In this document: piece by piece, positions 19,237 to 28,869 of the stretch
Numbering within the stretch: the stretch's first letter is position 1
Layout of the letters: each line of letters starts with the position of its first letter
Source of the DNA: a virus
Taxonomy: Duplodnaviria > Caudoviricetes
Length of the DNA stretch: 63,860 nt
Virus record (IMG/VR): IMGVR_UViG_3300046366_000135
Span: 1 to 63,860 of that record
Direction: 5' to 3' (one strand)
Translations under genes and position numbers: made by a program
Notes under the pieces: generated by a model
The model's input: the letters and a program-made list of their open reading frames with translations, nothing else
What the model was told of the DNA's origin: nothing
The model's database searches: none

Positions 19237-20674
19237 TCGGAGTCAATAGCTGAGGTACAAAATTTTTAGATTTTGTAGGATAATGAGCTTTTATTTCATA
19301 CCCCTCATCTTGATAAATCTTGATTCTTGCTCTTGAATGCTGTCGAACACCATCAGTCATGTCAAAGAAATCAACTACCCATTTAATCCCACCCCCAGCT
19401 TTTCTTAAAATCCTGCCTATGTATTGCTTGAGCTGGATTTTTGATTTACCTCCTTGGGCATAGATCAAACCATGTATAATTAAATTTCCACCCTCCTGAA
19501 GAACTGTAGTAAATAAAACTCTACTAAATCCATCGGGGTTATCAGAGTACTCTTGTTTTACTTGATCCGAGTTTTCCCCTCCCTTCAGTTTGTAAAACTT
19601 TATATGTTGTAAATCAGCCAAAGGATATAGCCAATTGTACATGTAATCCATTTGCTCTGTCCTATCTACAGTTATGATGATATTTTCATTCATTGACTGC
19701 TTTAGAACCTCTTTGATGATACTTAACCTACCTAAGCCAAACATGACTGCCTTTTTGTAGATAGCTGGGTATTTATCAAAGATAACTGATAGAGGATCGC
19801 ATTTATACAGATTGACTGTAATGTTAGCCACCCAATCAGCCACACTCAGATCAGCCACACTAACTGAGTCCAGAACCTTTCCTCCAATAGCACGAACTCG
19901 CATTCTGGCTTTGTCATTTGGAAGATCATATGGAGTCCCTGAGAAGAGAAACTTCGAGTAGATTGGTAACTGAGATAAGAAAGTGAAATACTCATTCCCG
20001 GCTACCTTGTGACACTCATCCACGAATACACACTTACATTCTCGTAGCCAATCAATTACATCAACATCCCCCTCATCAGTGCGATTTACAAGGGATTTGT
20101 ATTTTGCTACGACCACCCTTCCCGGCTTAAATTTCTTACCATCAACCCACCCAGTTTCCCAATACTTACTGAAGAACTCAACGTGTTGTTTGAAAAGGAA
20201 TTGATCATGAACTAGCACCAAAACTCTTGGATCGTTTATCATTGAATCTATCATAGCAGCCATGATAAAGGTTTTGCCGGACGCTGTAGCATGATCAAAA
20301 GTACCAACTGAATTTGAGCAAACTGCTGTTGTTGCTCTGAGCTGGTGATCAGCCAACTCGAAATCCAAATGATTCCTTTGCTGTAATTTCCCACAGTCAA
20401 AGTGAACAAAACGAGTTCTATAATCAATCATTTCACATTCAAAGCCATTCGAGTCAAGATATTCAACAACATCACCAAAGAATCCGGCTTGAAACTCACC
20501 CTTCTTTGTGATGAAGTACGTATCACCCTTCCATCCTTTAATTCCTGAGTATCGGGCAGCAGCACTATCATGTATTGAGAGATATTCCCTGAGTAAGGTT
20601 ATAGCTTGGGCAGCATATAAACCACTTACTTTCACCCTATCGTTATGGACGTGCAATTCTACGATGCGCTTCAT
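19226..20674 (-). CDS. SF2 DExH helicase (UvsW-like)
   Basis: HATASGKT, VDECH, SGTP, QYIGRILR. Confidence 0.9.
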   Translation of the reverse strand: MKRIVELHVHNDRVKVSGLYAAQAITLLREYLSIHDSAAARYSGIKGWKGDTYFITKKGEFQAGFFGDVVEYLDSNGFECEMIDYRTRFVHFDCGKLQQRNHLDFELADHQLRATTAVCSNSVGTFDHATASGKTFIMAAMIDSMINDPRVLVLVHDQFLFKQHVEFFSKYWETGWVDGKKFKPGRVVVAKYKSLVNRTDEGDVDVIDWLRECKCVFVDECHKVAGNEYFTFLSQLPIYSKFLFSGTPYDLPNDKARMRVRAIGGKVLDSVSVADLSVADWVANITVNLYKCDPLSVIFDKYPAIYKKAVMFGLGRLSIIKEVLKQSMNENIIITVDRTEQMDYMYNWLYPLADLQHIKFYKLKGGENSDQVKQEYSDNPDGFSRVLFTTVLQEGGNLIIHGLIYAQGGKSKIQLKQYIGRILRKAGGGIKWVVDFFDMTDGVRQHSRARIKIYQDEGYEIKAHYPTKSKNFVPQLLTPNDR

Positions 20675-21399
20675 TTTCTGGATTTATAACTCACGTATCT
20701 CTCCCAAGACTTTTCCCCATAAAGGGCATTAGGTTTTGGTAATGTGTTGAATACAGCAAAAGCATCAAATTGTGCCTGAATCCAATCAGCCGGATCAGCT
20801 TCGTAGTGAACAATGTCCTCAACCATCCTGAAAAAAGGAACAATATCTTGAGCTGCATCGTAAAGAGTTTTGTTATCAACCCTCCTAACAGCATCAAGAT
20901 ATATCCTTTGGAGATCAAGGACTAGTTGCTTATGCTCATATTCTTCAACTTGAATCTTGATAGACTCATTTTCATAGTACTCCAAAGCCCTAGTTGGAAG
21001 GTCTTTACTCTTAATACCTTTAACAAGAATCGCTTCAACTAGACTTTTAATTATTTGATCAGTTGATTTTTGTAACTGATAAAGCTCAAATAAATCTACA
21101 ACAATTTGATCCAACTTTTCAATAACCCACCAGTTTGGACTACTAGGTTTCATTGTTGGGAGCTTGATATGCTTAATGTCAGCAGTAAATTTCAGAATAG
21201 CAGCAAGCTTAGATAAAGAGGTAGTATTAGTCAACCGCTGAACTTGCTTGTCCTTCATTTGGATTGTTCGCCAGTTACAGGACTTTCTTGATAAGTCCTT
21301 CAACAAAGTTTTGAACTGATCATCAGTCAAACAAATCTGATTGTCTCTAAGTACAAATCTCAAAACATCAGCAGTCACATTTATGCTTGGATTTCTCAT
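20671..21399 (-). CDS. hypothetical replication-module protein
   Basis: 242 aa, coupled between primase and helicase. Confidence 0.65.
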   Translation of the reverse strand: MRNPSINVTADVLRFVLRDNQICLTDDQFKTLLKDLSRKSCNWRTIQMKDKQVQRLTNTTSLSKLAAILKFTADIKHIKLPTMKPSSPNWWVIEKLDQIVVDLFELYQLQKSTDQIIKSLVEAILVKGIKSKDLPTRALEYYENESIKIQVEEYEHKQLVLDLQRIYLDAVRRVDNKTLYDAAQDIVPFFRMVEDIVHYEADPADWIQAQFDAFAVFNTLPKPNALYGEKSWERYVSYKSRK

Positions 21400-22304
21400 A
21401 CAAAAAACATTTGTCTCAATGTGAAATAATCAGTTTGTTTCTCAATTTCTTGTACCAACTCAAATCCCCAGTCGTTTACATCCTTTCCTGGAAATTCTTG
21501 AAGATCAAGCAATTTAACTCTTTTTCCCATCTTTGTCAAGTCCACAGCAGTAGTAATTGCTTGTTTTTTGAATCCCCTATCAAAAGGTATGATTATATCA
21601 GCCTTAGTTAAGTTAAGTATTCTAAATTGATTGGCTGATATTTTCCATTTGTAGGTAGCTATTCCGAAAGGCCAACATGTCAAAGCGTCTACAACTCCCT
21701 CGCATAAATAGACTTTATCAAAAAGCAATAAGGCATCTGAGTTATAGACTAGATCACCTGACCCTATGTTATACTTTTCAGAAGAAACGTTTACGTGTTT
21801 CTTGCTTATTGGCAAGAAAGACCTAGCAGAGAAATAAATAATTTCCCCTTTTGACAAAGAAGGGAAGATAATACATCCATAAAACTCACTTTCTGGGTCA
21901 TCATCGTAACCTACAAAGGCTTCTTGGCATACCTCAAAAGGAATTTTCCGCTCACCAATCGCTGAACCAGTCATGTATTTCAAAGCTCTTGTTCCAAACA
22001 ATGTAGACTCATCACCAAGAAGTTTGAAACCTGATGGAAGTTTTACCTTTAGCCTGCCCGGTTTTAAACTTCTACGAACCTTTCCTGCCCATACTTCAGA
22101 ATAGTCTACTTTGAATACTCTCTCAATAAGATATGAGTAAATGGATTTTGAGTAGCCTGTTCTGAAGTCATTGACGTACATGGACTCAAAGTTAAAACAC
22201 AAAGTTTTATCTCTGTGCTCCGAGTCCCCGTTACATCTCCACCAACCATTACTGGATTCGGTCAAATCTGGGTGTAAGTTGCGTATAATTTGAAATACGT
22301 CCAT
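21396..22304 (-). CDS. DNA primase (TOPRIM)
   Basis: IIFP..YFSAR, LCEGVVDA, PFD, KDVND. Confidence 0.88.
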   Translation of the reverse strand: MDVFQIIRNLHPDLTESSNGWWRCNGDSEHRDKTLCFNFESMYVNDFRTGYSKSIYSYLIERVFKVDYSEVWAGKVRRSLKPGRLKVKLPSGFKLLGDESTLFGTRALKYMTGSAIGERKIPFEVCQEAFVGYDDDPESEFYGCIIFPSLSKGEIIYFSARSFLPISKKHVNVSSEKYNIGSGDLVYNSDALLLFDKVYLCEGVVDALTCWPFGIATYKWKISANQFRILNLTKADIIIPFDRGFKKQAITTAVDLTKMGKRVKLLDLQEFPGKDVNDWGFELVQEIEKQTDYFTLRQMFFV

Positions 22305-22305
22305 A

Positions 22306-22545
22306 TCAATTTATGCAAACGCAATTAGCAGTAATCGGGTCTTCATCTTCGTATTCAGAGAAGTTATCCTCAGCTACAAATTCCTTAAAGTACTCATCAC
22401 TACAATGACCTATTGTTGGGGAATTGGTGACTGATTGAAAAGAATTACCTTCATCATCAGAAGCAAAAATAACTTCAAAATCTCTAGCTTCTGGCCTAGC
22501 CTCAATCACTTCTTTTAGAAGCTCGATGTATTGTCCAAGTGTCAT
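22306..22545 (-). CDS. small acidic hypothetical protein
   Basis: SDDEGNSF motif, common in phage small proteins. Confidence 0.65.
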   Translation of the reverse strand: MTLGQYIELLKEVIEARPEARDFEVIFASDDEGNSFQSVTNSPTIGHCSDEYFKEFVAEDNFSEYEDEDPITANCVCIN

Positions 22546-22546
22546 T

Positions 22547-22861
22547 TCAAAATTTTTTGAAAGATGTTACAAATTGTTTTGGAGTTTCGACAAAAAAAGC
22601 GGTATCAATATAAGTCCGAGTTTCAGTATTTGTCTGAGTAATTGTGATCCGATAATAAATATCGTTACTCTTAGCACCTAGCATTGTAAACTTGTCAAGA
22701 GCTAGGTGCTCAACAGTAATCAACCCATAAACTGTGTCGGATTGTATCATTGTTCTACGTGGAACATCTTGATTTTTGTATTCTTTTTCACAGGAGAATG
22801 ATAGGTAGGCTATGATGATAGCCCAAATAATTGCAGGAATAAGTTTCTTAAAACGTTTCAT
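22547..22861 (-). CDS. putative lipoprotein
   Basis: MKRFKK + hydrophobic core + LSFS|C lipobox; start taken at the internal Met. Confidence 0.6.
   Translation of the reverse strand: MKRFKKLIPAIIWAIIIAYLSFSCEKEYKNQDVPRRTMIQSDTVYGLITVEHLALDKFTMLGAKSNDIYYRITITQTNTETRTYIDTAFFVETPKQFVTSFKKF
22751..22766. promoter_or_regulatory. parS-like site (1 mismatch)
   Basis: TGTTCTACGTGGAACA. Confidence 0.7.
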
Positions 22862-22862
22862 C

Positions 22863-25175
22863 TCAATGTTTTTTAGGTTTAACAACAAAGTTCAATGTTT
22901 CCTTCGCTCTGGTATAAGCTACATACTCCAAGTTAGTGGCTTGTTCATGCTGCCAATCTTTATCCTTGGGCCTGCGCTTAGTTAAAAGGCTAGGTTCAAT
23001 GATGTAAACGTTAGGCCACTCCAAACCCTTTGCCCGGTGAACTGTAGAGAATAGAATTTCAGGGTTCTTGTCGTCTGAAAAAATTCGACGAATATAAGTT
23101 GTGAGATTGTCAACGGAGGCAATTGTGCCAACTTTGAATATAAGAACTGTAATACAATCCATTTGCTCACTAAACTTGGTGTACAAAGGATTTGAGTAAG
23201 CGTCTTCAGAAGGAAACTTGTCCTCAAGTCGATCAATCAACTGCTGACGTTTTTCATTCATCCTGCGCTGAAGATCACTAAGGCTATTTGACTTGAAGCT
23301 GACAATAAAATTGATTAGGCTCTCACCAATATCTCGGCCCATGATTGTAGCCTTTTTACCTTTTGCGATCATGTCATAACACCCCTCAATCAGTGGAGCA
23401 TTATTCCGGCAAAGTACAGCATCACCAGCTTTGATATTGTCCAAAGTAGTCCCACCACGAACAAGACCTTCTTTGGCATTCTCCCATGCCTTAATGTCTG
23501 GGTCAATCTTATTTACGTACTTAATAACTTCTTTGGGACAACGGAAACAAGTGTTTAGAGACATTACTTTGCATTGAGCTGAGAATGTGTCAAAACTCTC
23601 AGAGTCACTACCAGCGAAGCCGTAGATAGCTTGGCAATTATGGGTAACTATACTATCAGCAACATAGGTCTGATATTTACTAACCGATAAGCTGTACACA
23701 AACCCATCGTAAAATTCCTTAGATATAGTTGCAGGACACCAATCCTGCTTCAACTCATGACGCTTACCCTCAAAATGAGGCAGTACCAAACAACCATTAA
23801 ATAAATTACAAGCACGAACTTCCATTGGTCGTTTCATGGACAAACACTTCTTACTACCATCATTCAAAAATAACGGGTATTGGATGTCCTTACCAAAAAA
23901 GTCTAAACAATCTAAGGCCCGTCCAGTGTTATCACCAATGAACTTCCAAACCCTATCTACATTTAGCTGTATTTTAGAACCACTAAATAAAGTTTGGGGT
24001 AGGCCAAATTTACCAGATATGGCTTGTTCCATTTCATAAGATTCTGCCCTACTATCATAAAGACCCAAAATCCAACAGCAATCAGCAACCTCATCCCGCA
24101 TTCTCTTAATCAGACCAGATACTTTAGTTTTAGGGTAATCCACACAGCAAGTCCCAATCCTAAAATTATCCCCTCTACGCATCATGTAAACACAAAACTT
24201 ATCCCGTAAAGCAGAAAAAGATGCTATACATATATGGTTAGGGGTATATTTAGAAGTAGCTCCACTAGGCGTACTGCACACAATAAGATCACCTTTATAA
24301 GGTCTTTTTGTTATTCCATCTACCTTCTGCGAGTTGTAGAAAGAGCTATCATTGACACTATAAGCTACCACAGAGTCACCTACTGATAAAGATTCTATAG
24401 GTACTTTCTTGTATACTGAGGGTATCGAACCTCTTAAGCCTTTTTTATAGTTAGACTGACTAAAGTCCTTAACAGTTACCATAGTACCAGCAGGTTGACA
24501 CCTATCCCCAACAGCAAAAAGACGGCCCATAGGCTTTAAAAATTTAAAAACGAGTTCTCTTTGTGCTTTACTAACGTCCTGGCACTCATCCAAGTATATA
24601 TAATCATATTTAAAAATAGGATTCAAATTCCTTACAATTGGCTGACGAATTTGATCAACAAAATCAATATTCTTAATATCACCATCAGCCAATTCAATAG
24701 CTCTTTTTACCACCCGTAACTCATCGTTGGTAAATCGGTATCCGTATTTATCCTGACAGTTTGTAAAATCTTCAGCAGTTTCTACCAAATTTAACCGACA
24801 AAGATCAGTGAACTTTTTCATGTCCCAAAGAAGTTCCCCAAACCCTTCTTGAGATTTCAGCCAAGAAGCCTCTTCTTTGAGAAGGAAATTGTAGATTTCG
24901 GCCATTTTCTTCGTGTTCATCTGAGAACCACGAAGTAAGGAAAATCCAAGCCCATGACAAGTCTTTATGTCAATCCCAGACATTCGCTGGGTAAGTTCGT
25001 CTTTGATGCTGACGTTGAATGCACAGGCTAGTGTAGACTTATTTTTTGGGATAAGTTTAACTGCCTCTACAAGAGTTGAAGTCTTTCCTGATCCGGCTTT
25101 TGCTGATAGTAACACATTACCAGAACCAGAAGTCACTTCGTCAAAAAAGTTCTGCTGCTCAATTGTTGGATTCAT
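22863..25175 (-). CDS. UvrD/Rep-like SF1A helicase containing an intein
   Basis: AKAGSGKT, LDECQD, VGDR|..|CQAIYGFAG, FRCP, HRAKGLEW, YVAYTRA. Confidence 0.93.
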   Translation of the reverse strand: MNPTIEQQNFFDEVTSGSGNVLLSAKAGSGKTSTLVEAVKLIPKNKSTLACAFNVSIKDELTQRMSGIDIKTCHGLGFSLLRGSQMNTKKMAEIYNFLLKEEASWLKSQEGFGELLWDMKKFTDLCRLNLVETAEDFTNCQDKYGYRFTNDELRVVKRAIELADGDIKNIDFVDQIRQPIVRNLNPIFKYDYIYLDECQDVSKAQRELVFKFLKPMGRLFAVGDRCQPAGTMVTVKDFSQSNYKKGLRGSIPSVYKKVPIESLSVGDSVVAYSVNDSSFYNSQKVDGITKRPYKGDLIVCSTPSGATSKYTPNHICIASFSALRDKFCVYMMRRGDNFRIGTCCVDYPKTKVSGLIKRMRDEVADCCWILGLYDSRAESYEMEQAISGKFGLPQTLFSGSKIQLNVDRVWKFIGDNTGRALDCLDFFGKDIQYPLFLNDGSKKCLSMKRPMEVRACNLFNGCLVLPHFEGKRHELKQDWCPATISKEFYDGFVYSLSVSKYQTYVADSIVTHNCQAIYGFAGSDSESFDTFSAQCKVMSLNTCFRCPKEVIKYVNKIDPDIKAWENAKEGLVRGGTTLDNIKAGDAVLCRNNAPLIEGCYDMIAKGKKATIMGRDIGESLINFIVSFKSNSLSDLQRRMNEKRQQLIDRLEDKFPSEDAYSNPLYTKFSEQMDCITVLIFKVGTIASVDNLTTYIRRIFSDDKNPEILFSTVHRAKGLEWPNVYIIEPSLLTKRRPKDKDWQHEQATNLEYVAYTRAKETLNFVVKPKKH
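23637..24500 (-). mobile_element. 288-aa cis intein in helicase motif III
   Basis: Starts CQPAGTMV, block B YTPNH, ends YVADSIVTHN followed by Cys; removal restores VGDRCQAIYGF. Confidence 0.92.
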
Positions 25176-25192
25176 CTTTTTAAATTATAAAA

Positions 25193-25223
25193 CAAAGTTA
25201 CAATTTTAAATCTAAAAAGTCAA
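25193..25223 (-). promoter_or_regulatory. Bacteroidota promoter
   Basis: TTG-N20-TAACTTTG, 18 bp upstream of the UvrD start. Confidence 0.8.
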
Positions 25224-25225
25224 CC

Positions 25226-25729
25226 CTAATTTTTATTTTCTTGAATTTTCTTTACCAAAGCCTCTAGGGCTTGATGGTAGAATGAATTATAAATGTGACG
25301 GTAATCCTTGGCTCCTAGGCCGATTGTTTTGGATTGTTTAGCTGTTAGTCCTAGAGACTTAGATTCTTCGCGCCAGAGGCGTTTCTGAGCCTTTACAGCG
25401 ATTTTAGACAAAGATATGAGATTGTGTAGGAGAAAGTCTAAAGATGTCGCTAACTGCAAAGAATCAGCCATAGGAACGGAAATTTCACAGATACCTTTAG
25501 TACCTACGTCAGAAATTACTGCTTCAGGATTTACAAGTTGAACCATCAATCTAATGCAACCCATAAAGTAAGCTGAGGTATAAGAAATGTATTTAGTCTT
25601 CATCCTTGTTGGGTAAAAAGAAGTAGTCTCAACAGTAGACATTAATTTAACTGCTGCTTCTGCCCATTCATCAAATGTTGTAATTTCATTTGAATGATAA
25701 TAACCTAGAATCTTATCAAACTGTGTCAT
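25226..25729 (-). CDS. hypothetical protein
   Basis: 167 aa ORF. Confidence 0.65.
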   Translation of the reverse strand: MTQFDKILGYYHSNEITTFDEWAEAAVKLMSTVETTSFYPTRMKTKYISYTSAYFMGCIRLMVQLVNPEAVISDVGTKGICEISVPMADSLQLATSLDFLLHNLISLSKIAVKAQKRLWREESKSLGLTAKQSKTIGLGAKDYRHIYNSFYHQALEALVKKIQENKN

Positions 25730-25817
25730 AAGTTAATTTTTTGAAATAGTTAGCCCATAAAGGCAAAAATTACCAGTTCATGTAGTAGTGCATTTTACTT
25801 AACTACAATTACAAAAA

Positions 25818-27233
25818 TTATGATTTTGGGTTACTTTTAGTAACCATGCCCTGAGAATTCAAAGAATACAAAGTACCTTCAAATTCCCATTTCAGTAACT
25901 CTACAAAGCTGTAATTCTTTGGTAGTTTCTCCTTAGCTTTAGAGTCAGGAGCTATACAGTTGAGTTCAAGACGAATTTTCTTTACAAACTTAGCTTTTGT
26001 TTTGTTAAGTTCTTTTAGTAAATTCAATCCTTGAATAGCAACTTGTTGAGAATACCAAGAAGTACCTTTAGATAGCATACACAAAGCTTGATCTAAGCTA
26101 TAATCCTTTCCAGTAAAAACTTTTTTAGGATCAAAATAAGGAGCAAATTGAGTGTATAGGAGATTTGGTTTAGGTTCAGCACCAATACTCTGCAAAAACG
26201 TAGAGGAAAGCTTTGCTTTTCTCGGAGTAGTTGCAGAGTATTGCACCAGTGTAGGCGAAGCCGGAACGGTTAACCTTTTATGTACTGCCCCTTCGCTAAA
26301 GCTCCGGGGCTGAGTAATGTAAGTAAGTTCTCCGACTACGGCTGCGCCTTCGTCTCCACGCTTACTTACATTACTTAGTGAACGTACAAAGTTCTCTTTA
26401 GCTATCTTTCTTCTAAGAGATTTACTTGAATAGCATTTTGTGGGTTTAAAATTCTTGATAATCAAAAGCTTTTCCATTCTCATGGAATAATAACCTTGAT
26501 CGTTAAGTACAAATCTTTGTGGATGATACTTTTCTGGATTTCTTTGTGTATTACCAAATGCTAAACACTCTTGTATGGATTCGACTTTTTTAGACTCGAA
26601 TGTTGGACAAAAATAGCTTTGGTCTTCCATCAAAAAAATGTCAATAGCCTTTTTCCGTTGATTGTGTATTTCAACATGACTTAGGTTAAGGTTTCTGCCT
26701 TGACTTCTTAAAGGATAAAACCCTTGATCACTTGTCATCATAAAGCTAGACTTATTCCCTTGTGTATCTGAGTATAGTCTAGGATCATTCTTATCAGTGA
26801 TCTCAATATTTTTAGCTGTCAGAAGTTTATACTTCTGTTTAGCTTCTTTAGATTTTTCTGTTAAAACAGATTTACCATCAACGATAATTACCCACCTCAT
26901 AAACTCATCAAAGTTTGTAACAAGTCCAAAGTAGTAAGGCATAGCCTTGTAGCTTTTAGCCTTTCCTTCAATTGCCTCAGTTACTTTTATAATGGAGGTA
27001 AGTTTGTATTTGTGGTTGGATTCAGATAGAAGACCTAATTCAATCAAGGTATTTATCCTCTTGTTGATGGTTCTTTTATCTTTATTGATTTTGTTGAGTA
27101 AATTCTTAGCTTGGGATTTGTAGATGTATCCTCCCTTAGCTTGTTGGAATAGCTGGATGTAATAAAATAATTCTTTACCTGCTTTATAGCGGACGAAATG
27201 ATTTACAATTGATATGGGTATATTTTTAACCAT
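25818..27233 (-). CDS. basic DNA-binding protein with winged-HTH-like N-terminus (possible replication initiator)
   Basis: KRTINKRINTLIELGLL wHTH-like segment, very Lys-rich; has own promoter and structured leader. Confidence 0.55.
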   Translation of the reverse strand: MVKNIPISIVNHFVRYKAGKELFYYIQLFQQAKGGYIYKSQAKNLLNKINKDKRTINKRINTLIELGLLSESNHKYKLTSIIKVTEAIEGKAKSYKAMPYYFGLVTNFDEFMRWVIIVDGKSVLTEKSKEAKQKYKLLTAKNIEITDKNDPRLYSDTQGNKSSFMMTSDQGFYPLRSQGRNLNLSHVEIHNQRKKAIDIFLMEDQSYFCPTFESKKVESIQECLAFGNTQRNPEKYHPQRFVLNDQGYYSMRMEKLLIIKNFKPTKCYSSKSLRRKIAKENFVRSLSNVSKRGDEGAAVVGELTYITQPRSFSEGAVHKRLTVPASPTLVQYSATTPRKAKLSSTFLQSIGAEPKPNLLYTQFAPYFDPKKVFTGKDYSLDQALCMLSKGTSWYSQQVAIQGLNLLKELNKTKAKFVKKIRLELNCIAPDSKAKEKLPKNYSFVELLKWEFEGTLYSLNSQGMVTKSNPKS

Positions 27234-27255
27234 TTGCCTTGAGTGTTAAATGGTT

Positions 27256-27298
27256 AAAAAAAAGAATAGGCATCCAAGCCGAATGCTCAGTGCCTATT
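27256..27298 (-). terminator. intrinsic terminator/attenuator in the 5' leader
   Basis: AATAGGCA/TGCCTATT stem followed on the minus strand by C and T8. Confidence 0.65.
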
Positions 27299-27412
27299 GC
27301 TGTTAATGCTCTCAAATAATATATATCAACCTTAAATACGTTACCGTATTTAGTATTAATAGTCGTTAATTTTTTGTAGTTATTTGAGTGCATTAATACA
27401 ATTATTATGCCT

Positions 27413-27443
27413 CAAACCTACGACTATTTGTATTATTATGCAA
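27413..27443 (-). promoter_or_regulatory. Bacteroidota promoter
   Basis: TTG-N20-TAGGTTTG. Confidence 0.75.
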
Positions 27444-27461
27444 GTTTTTAAACAAAAATCT

Positions 27462-27669
27462 TCAAACTTTTTTTAAGTCTTCTCTAATTCTCATAATCAG
27501 CTTACCTAATTCATTTTTTCCTTCTTTAGTTCTCAGGCAAACCCCCCAAAACTTATCTCCCCAATGATTCCCCTCCTCGATAATTGCATCTCCTGTCGCT
27601 TTGAGCTGACTTCTAAAAGGTTCTTTGTTGAACTTCTGTCTCAAACAATCCTCCATAACTTGGAGCTTT
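27462..27669 (-). pseudogene. NADAR (YbiA) family, C-terminal fragment
   Basis: KLQVMEDCLRQKF..LKATGD..EEGNHWGDKFWG..GKNELGKLIMRIR; N-terminal half absent. Confidence 0.85.
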
Positions 27670-27970
27670 TCATAGGCATCTTTCGTGCATTCAGATTACC
27701 TGTTTTTAGGTTTTTTCTCCATATCATGTTATACTTATAATAACTCATTCCATGTGTTATCATCGTAGTCACAAACGGCTGATTACCAAAAAGTACTATT
27801 ATAGCTCCCTGCTCAATAAATTTTGAGTATTCTTTCCATAGCTTTTGGGGGTCTATAATAGAGTCCCACTTATTTTGTGTAGTGCCATAAGGTAAATCAC
27901 ATAGGACTAAATCTACATCCTTTATGTTTTTTAATTCACTAAGGCAATCACCTAGGATTAATTTCATCAT
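27641..27970 (-). pseudogene. N6/N4 DNA methyltransferase, N-terminal fragment
   Basis: GDCL, DLVLCDLPYGTT..WD, IWRK; lacks the SAM-binding FxGxG half. Confidence 0.85.
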
Positions 27971-28256
27971 TAACGCTTTTGTATTTATTCAAATAGTTTT
28001 GATAGCACTGTTCACAAAAGTAATGGTTGTTGCAATCTTCTCGTCTCAATGCAGGTTCAGGGCAGTATTTGTTTTCTTCTGGTGAGAAAGTTTCACAAAC
28101 CCCTTTTACATCTGGTTCTTTGTAGTGTGGTATGATCCCCATAGATGAATACTCATAGGATACTTTTGAAAGTCCTTGAGTAAATCGTTTGATTTTTTCT
28201 TGAGTAATGTCACTACCTTGGTGTATGTTAATTCTAAAATCCCTAGTATCACTCAT
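27948..28256 (-). CDS. hypothetical protein with Cys cluster
   Basis: C...C..C..CEQC; coupled ORF. Confidence 0.55.
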   Translation of the reverse strand: MSDTRDFRINIHQGSDITQEKIKRFTQGLSKVSYEYSSMGIIPHYKEPDVKGVCETFSPEENKYCPEPALRREDCNNHYFCEQCYQNYLNKYKSVNDEINPR

Positions 28257-28429
28257 CGTAGTTCAGCTAGAAGGTGATCAAACATACCATACATCAATTT
28301 GTAATTATGTATGGCTAGAACCAAAAGAACAGCAATCAGCATAAGATTACCATTGCTAATCTTCAAAAAACTTCCCATAATCAACAGGTAGAAGATTATG
28401 AGAATTACATGTGTTGATTTATTTTTCAT
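28253..28429 (-). CDS. 58-aa two-TM membrane protein (not in ORF track)
   Basis: MKNKSTHVILIIFYLLIMGSFLKISNGNLMLIAVLLVLAIHNYK...; ATGA overlaps on both sides. Confidence 0.6.
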   Translation of the reverse strand: MKNKSTHVILIIFYLLIMGSFLKISNGNLMLIAVLLVLAIHNYKLMYGMFDHLLAELR

Positions 28430-28869
28430 TGTTGTTTTTTAGTTCCACGGTAAAGTCCGTACCCAAATACAGCTACAATGACAGCAATCCACCAAGGTAA
28501 CTTAACATCTGGTTTTGACTCAGACTTTTGAAGTTGGGTTTCCAGTTCATCAATTTTATCCTGAAGTACTTTCTCCTTTGCAGTATCTCTGACCTTTACG
28601 ATTTTTTCTACTCTTTCCTTAGTTCCAGCTTTCCATTTGATTACAGGTACATAGGAAATAGAGTCTTTCCAAATTACAGAGTCTTTTCTGTGTATTTCAG
28701 GATACGGAACTTTTACAAACTCAATATAAGGAGTTGAGTCTGGAATACCTATGCCAACATAAGTAGTTGAATCCTTGCAAGGGTAGGTCTCAGCACATTT
28801 TTGGGCTAATTTGTTATTGCATGAGGCCAATAACAAGGTTATTGATAAGATGCCAATAAGTCGAACCAT
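28426..28869 (-). CDS. lipoprotein with C-terminal TM helix (unimolecular spanin-like)
   Basis: LLAS|C lipobox; C-terminal PWWIAVIVAVFGYGLY followed by a basic tail. Confidence 0.7.
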   Translation of the reverse strand: MVRLIGILSITLLLASCNNKLAQKCAETYPCKDSTTYVGIGIPDSTPYIEFVKVPYPEIHRKDSVIWKDSISYVPVIKWKAGTKERVEKIVKVRDTAKEKVLQDKIDELETQLQKSESKPDVKLPWWIAVIVAVFGYGLYRGTKKQQ

